In this document: piece by piece, positions 61,438 through 64,000 of the stretch
Position numbering within the stretch: position 1 is the stretch's first letter
How the letters are laid out: each line of letters opens with the position of its first letter
DNA from: Coriobacteriia bacterium
GTDB lineage: Bacteria > Actinomycetota > Coriobacteriia > WRKU01 > JAENWW01
Reading direction: 5' to 3'
Assembly: GCA_016649875.1 (NCBI GenBank)
Contig: JAENWW010000002.1
Span: 84,851 to 148,850 of the forward strand
DNA length: 64,000 bases
The notes under the pieces: model-generated
Told to the model about the DNA's origin: nothing
Seen by the model: the letters and a program-made list of their open reading frames with translations, nothing else
Databases searched by the model: none
Made by a program: the position numbers and the translations under genes

Positions 61438-61863
61438 ATGGCTAAGAAACAAATTGGTTTCGTCAAGCTGCAAATACCGGGAGCGCAAGCAAACCCCGCA
61501 CCTCCGGTCGGACCTGCACTCGGTGCGCAGCAAGTTAACATCATGCAGTTCTGCCAAGCATTCAACGCAGAAACCGCCGATCGTCCCGGCATGATTCTCC
61601 CTGTCGAAATCACCGTATATGAAGATCGCTCGTATACGTTCATTATCAAGACTCCTCCGGCGGCCGTTCTTCTTCGTCTCGCCGCAGGTGTTGAAAAAGG
61701 TTCCGCAGAGCCGAACAAGACGAAAGTTGCAACCGTGACTTCTGCCCAGGTTCGCGAAATCGCCGAGACCAAGATGCCCGACCTCAACGCACATGATATC
61801 GATGCAGCAATGAGCATCATCGCCGGTACCGCTCGTTCGATTGGCTTTCTCATCGAGGGTTAG
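61438..61863 (+). CDS. rplK: 50S ribosomal protein L11
   Basis: [29 protein letters not shown]. Confidence 0.95.
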   Translation: MAKKQIGFVKLQIPGAQANPAPPVGPALGAQQVNIMQFCQAFNAETADRPGMILPVEITVYEDRSYTFIIKTPPAAVLLRLAAGVEKGSAEPNKTKVATVTSAQVREIAETKMPDLNAHDIDAAMSIIAGTARSIGFLIEG

Positions 61864-61958
61864 TTCGTGATGAACGGATGTTTAACTTATAAGTGTGATG
61901 AATTCGCATCACACGTGGGAGGGCCACTCAAAGCCCGTCTAACCACTTGGAGGTTTTT

Positions 61959-62663
61959 ATGACTAAAGTAGGTAAGAAATACGCTGCGGGTGCAGCGAAA
62001 ATCGAGGCTGACAAGCTGTACGCCCCACTGGAGGCGGCAACTATCGTCAAATCGAACGCCACGTCGAAATTCGATGAAACCATCGAAGTGCACTTTCGTC
62101 TGGCCATCGACACTCGTCAAGCCGATCAGCAGCTTCGTGGATCGATTTCGTTGCCGAACGGTAGCGGTAAAGTGGTTCGTATCGCCGTTTTCGCCGAAGG
62201 CGACAAGGCACGTGAGGCTGAGGCTGCCGGCGCAGACTTCGTCGGTTCCGATGAGCTCGTCACAAAGATTCAAGGCGGCTTTTTCGACTTCGACGCCGCT
62301 GTCGCAACTCCCGATATGATGGCGAAGGTCGGTCGCTTGGGTAAGCTTCTCGGCCCTCGTAATCTCATGCCGAACCCGAAACTCGGAACCGTGACTCCCG
62401 ATGTCGCTCGAATCATCGGGGAACTCAAAGCGGGTCGTGTGGAATATCGTGCCGATAAGTTCGGCATTTGCCATATCATCGTCGGCAAAGCATCGTTTAG
62501 TGCCGCGGATTTGGCTGCGAACTACTCAGCTCTCTTCAGTGAGATTTTGCGCGTCAAGCCGGCCTCCGCAAAAGGAAAATATGTCAAGTCGATTACCTTG
62601 ACTTCGACGATGGGACCCGGTGTCCGCGTGGATCCGTCGATCGTTCGCGGTATCCTCGACTAG
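61959..62663 (+). CDS. rplA: 50S ribosomal protein L1
   Basis: [21 protein letters not shown]. Start ATG at 61959 with a GGAGG RBS. The track ORF starts 12 nt earlier. Confidence 0.9.
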   Translation: MTKVGKKYAAGAAKIEADKLYAPLEAATIVKSNATSKFDETIEVHFRLAIDTRQADQQLRGSISLPNGSGKVVRIAVFAEGDKAREAEAAGADFVGSDELVTKIQGGFFDFDAAVATPDMMAKVGRLGKLLGPRNLMPNPKLGTVTPDVARIIGELKAGRVEYRADKFGICHIIVGKASFSAADLAANYSALFSEILRVKPASAKGKYVKSITLTSTMGPGVRVDPSIVRGILD

Positions 62664-62987
62664 GAAGATTTCTTCTCGAGTTCTATCGGCCTTTGTCGGC
62701 AACGGGCAAATGGGCTATACTAATCGTTGCTTGAAAAATAAATACGTGTGCTTGCTGCCAGAGACAGTCGGTGCTTTTTAAAAAAAGCTTAAACGAAACG
62801 AGATAATACGTTTCGGCCTGCCGAGGTAATCGCCGGTAATTCATTACCGAACACATTTCGAATTCGAACTGTAGCGACCCTCTTGCCTCACATGGCATGG
62901 GGGTCGTTTTCATTTCTTTTATGATGGGCGGCTCGCTGCAACTACTGCAGGCAGCTGACCATGCGTAAAAGAAAGGAGGTTACTTTT
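62664..62987 (+). promoter_or_regulatory. Long 5' leader of the rplJ-rplL operon (L10 leader-like autoregulatory region)
   Basis: A 324-nt untranslated, structured, GC-mixed region between rplA and rplJ at the conserved position of the L10(L12) leader. Contains several hairpins, e.g. CCGGTAATTCATTACCG. Confidence 0.4.
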
Positions 62988-63506
62988 ATGACTACTAAGA
63001 ATAAGAAAGACGTGCTCGAGGAGATTAAGACTCGCTTCAGCGAGTCCGACTCGGTTATCCTCGTCGATTATCGCGGACTTACGGTCAAGCTCGTGTCCGA
63101 ACTTCGCAAGAATCTTCGTGACGCCGATGCTTCCATGACCGTCTACAAGAACTCGTTGACCGAGCTTGCGATTCGCGAGTTGGCTCTTCCTTCTTTGGAC
63201 GAGTATCTCGAGGGTCCGACGGCTTTCGTCTTCATTTCAGGCGATCCGGTTGCTCCCGCGAAAGTCCTTTCGACGTTCGCTGAGAAAAACAAGGTGCTTG
63301 AAATCAAAGGTGCGCTTGTCGGAAATTCAGTTCTCAGCAATGAGAGAGTAGAGGCACTTGCAAAGCTTCCTTCACGCGAGGAGCTTCTTGCAAAACTTCT
63401 TGGAACGCTTCAAAATCCGATGCGCGGTTTCGTTACCGTTGCTGCCGGACCGGCACGTGGTCTCGTCACCGCTCTCAAGGCGGTTGCGGATCAAAAAGCC
63501 GCGTAA
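62988..63506 (+). CDS. rplJ: 50S ribosomal protein L10
   Basis: MTTKNKKDVLEEIKTRFSESDSVILVDYRGLTV. ATG at 62988 with a GAAAGGAGG RBS. Confidence 0.9.
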   Translation: MTTKNKKDVLEEIKTRFSESDSVILVDYRGLTVKLVSELRKNLRDADASMTVYKNSLTELAIRELALPSLDEYLEGPTAFVFISGDPVAPAKVLSTFAEKNKVLEIKGALVGNSVLSNERVEALAKLPSREELLAKLLGTLQNPMRGFVTVAAGPARGLVTALKAVADQKAA

Positions 63507-63668
63507 TCGAGTTTTTGCAGCTTTGTGCTGCAGAGAAATGTGCGCTACCCGCGTAGTGGTGAGCACAGGTTGATGAAAATGCGATATCCCTCACAGAGGT
63601 GCAATCGCTACAAAAATATTGATATTGATGACTGAATGATACGGTCACCGACGAAAAGGAGAAAGATT

Positions 63669-64000
63669 ATGGCTGTAAGCCGCGAAGAAATCGTAGAGGC
63701 TCTCAAAGAGATGCCGGCACTCGAGCTTTCAGAGCTCGTTAAGGAACTGGAAGAAGTATTCGGAGTATCTGCAGCTGCACCTATGATGGCTGCAGGAGCA
63801 GCTGCCGGCGCAGGCGCCGCAGAGGTTGAAGAAGAGCAGGTCAACTTCGATGTAGTCCTTGAAGGCTTCGGCGACAACAAAATCGCTGTCATCAAGATCG
63901 TTCGTGAGCTAACCGGTCTCGGTCTGAAAGACGCCAAGGATCTCGTCGAGTCAGCTCCCAAGGCTATTCTCGAAGGCGTTGCAAAGGATAAGGCAGAAGA
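63669..64000 (+). CDS. rplL: 50S ribosomal protein L7/L12, 3'-truncated by the window edge
   Basis: [38 protein letters not shown]...[24 protein letters not shown]. Confidence 0.9.
   Translation, partial: MAVSREEIVEALKEMPALELSELVKELEEVFGVSAAAPMMAAGAAAGAGAAEVEEEQVNFDVVLEGFGDNKIAVIKIVRELTGLGLKDAKDLVESAPKAILEGVAKDKAE

Overview
This 64 kb window looks like a chromosomal core segment from a Gram-positive anaerobic actinobacterium, probably Coriobacteriia/Eggerthellaceae-like. The evidence is about 55-60% GC, an actinobacterial-type EF-Tu, the eno-ftsB-DUF501-ppx gene order, c-di-GMP signalling genes, a multiheme cytochrome c and selenium genes. The content is mostly housekeeping. There are three TagF-like glycerophosphotransferases, typA, purB, nth, mfd, mazG and eno. 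A second block holds tatA, greA, lysS, clpC, radA, ispDF and cysES. The window ends with the tRNA/tuf/rpmG/secE/nusG/rplKAJL ribosomal region. The most notable region is a compact, complete selenocysteine-decoding locus at about 25.0-30.2 kb. It has a selD that is itself a selenoprotein (in-frame TGA plus a downstream hairpin), a small DsrE/YedF-like gene, selA, selB, and a textbook tRNA-Sec (UCA anticodon) directly after selB. Immediately before selD sits an odd 76-nt type-I tRNA with anticodon UAA. With the Sec machinery present, I also find a probable unannotated small selenoprotein on the minus strand at 41786..42157. It is thioredoxin-fold-like with a C-x4-U-G-P-S motif, an in-frame TGA and a hairpin about 10 nt downstream. 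It lies divergent from a membrane-anchored hepta/octa-heme cytochrome c. Other unusual items: a continuous 955-aa ORF fusing a 10-TM EamA/DMT transporter domain to a class A penicillin-binding protein; an orphan radical SAM/SPASM enzyme with no visible substrate peptide; a serine-rich surface protein with 54-nt tandem repeats; adjacent Cache-sensor EAL and GGDEF enzymes; and a cbiM-cbiQ-cbiO ECF transporter lacking cbiN and lacking a B12 riboswitch. No CRISPR array or obvious mobile element is present. All calls rest on reading motifs in the supplied translations and on manual tRNA folding; no database search was possible.
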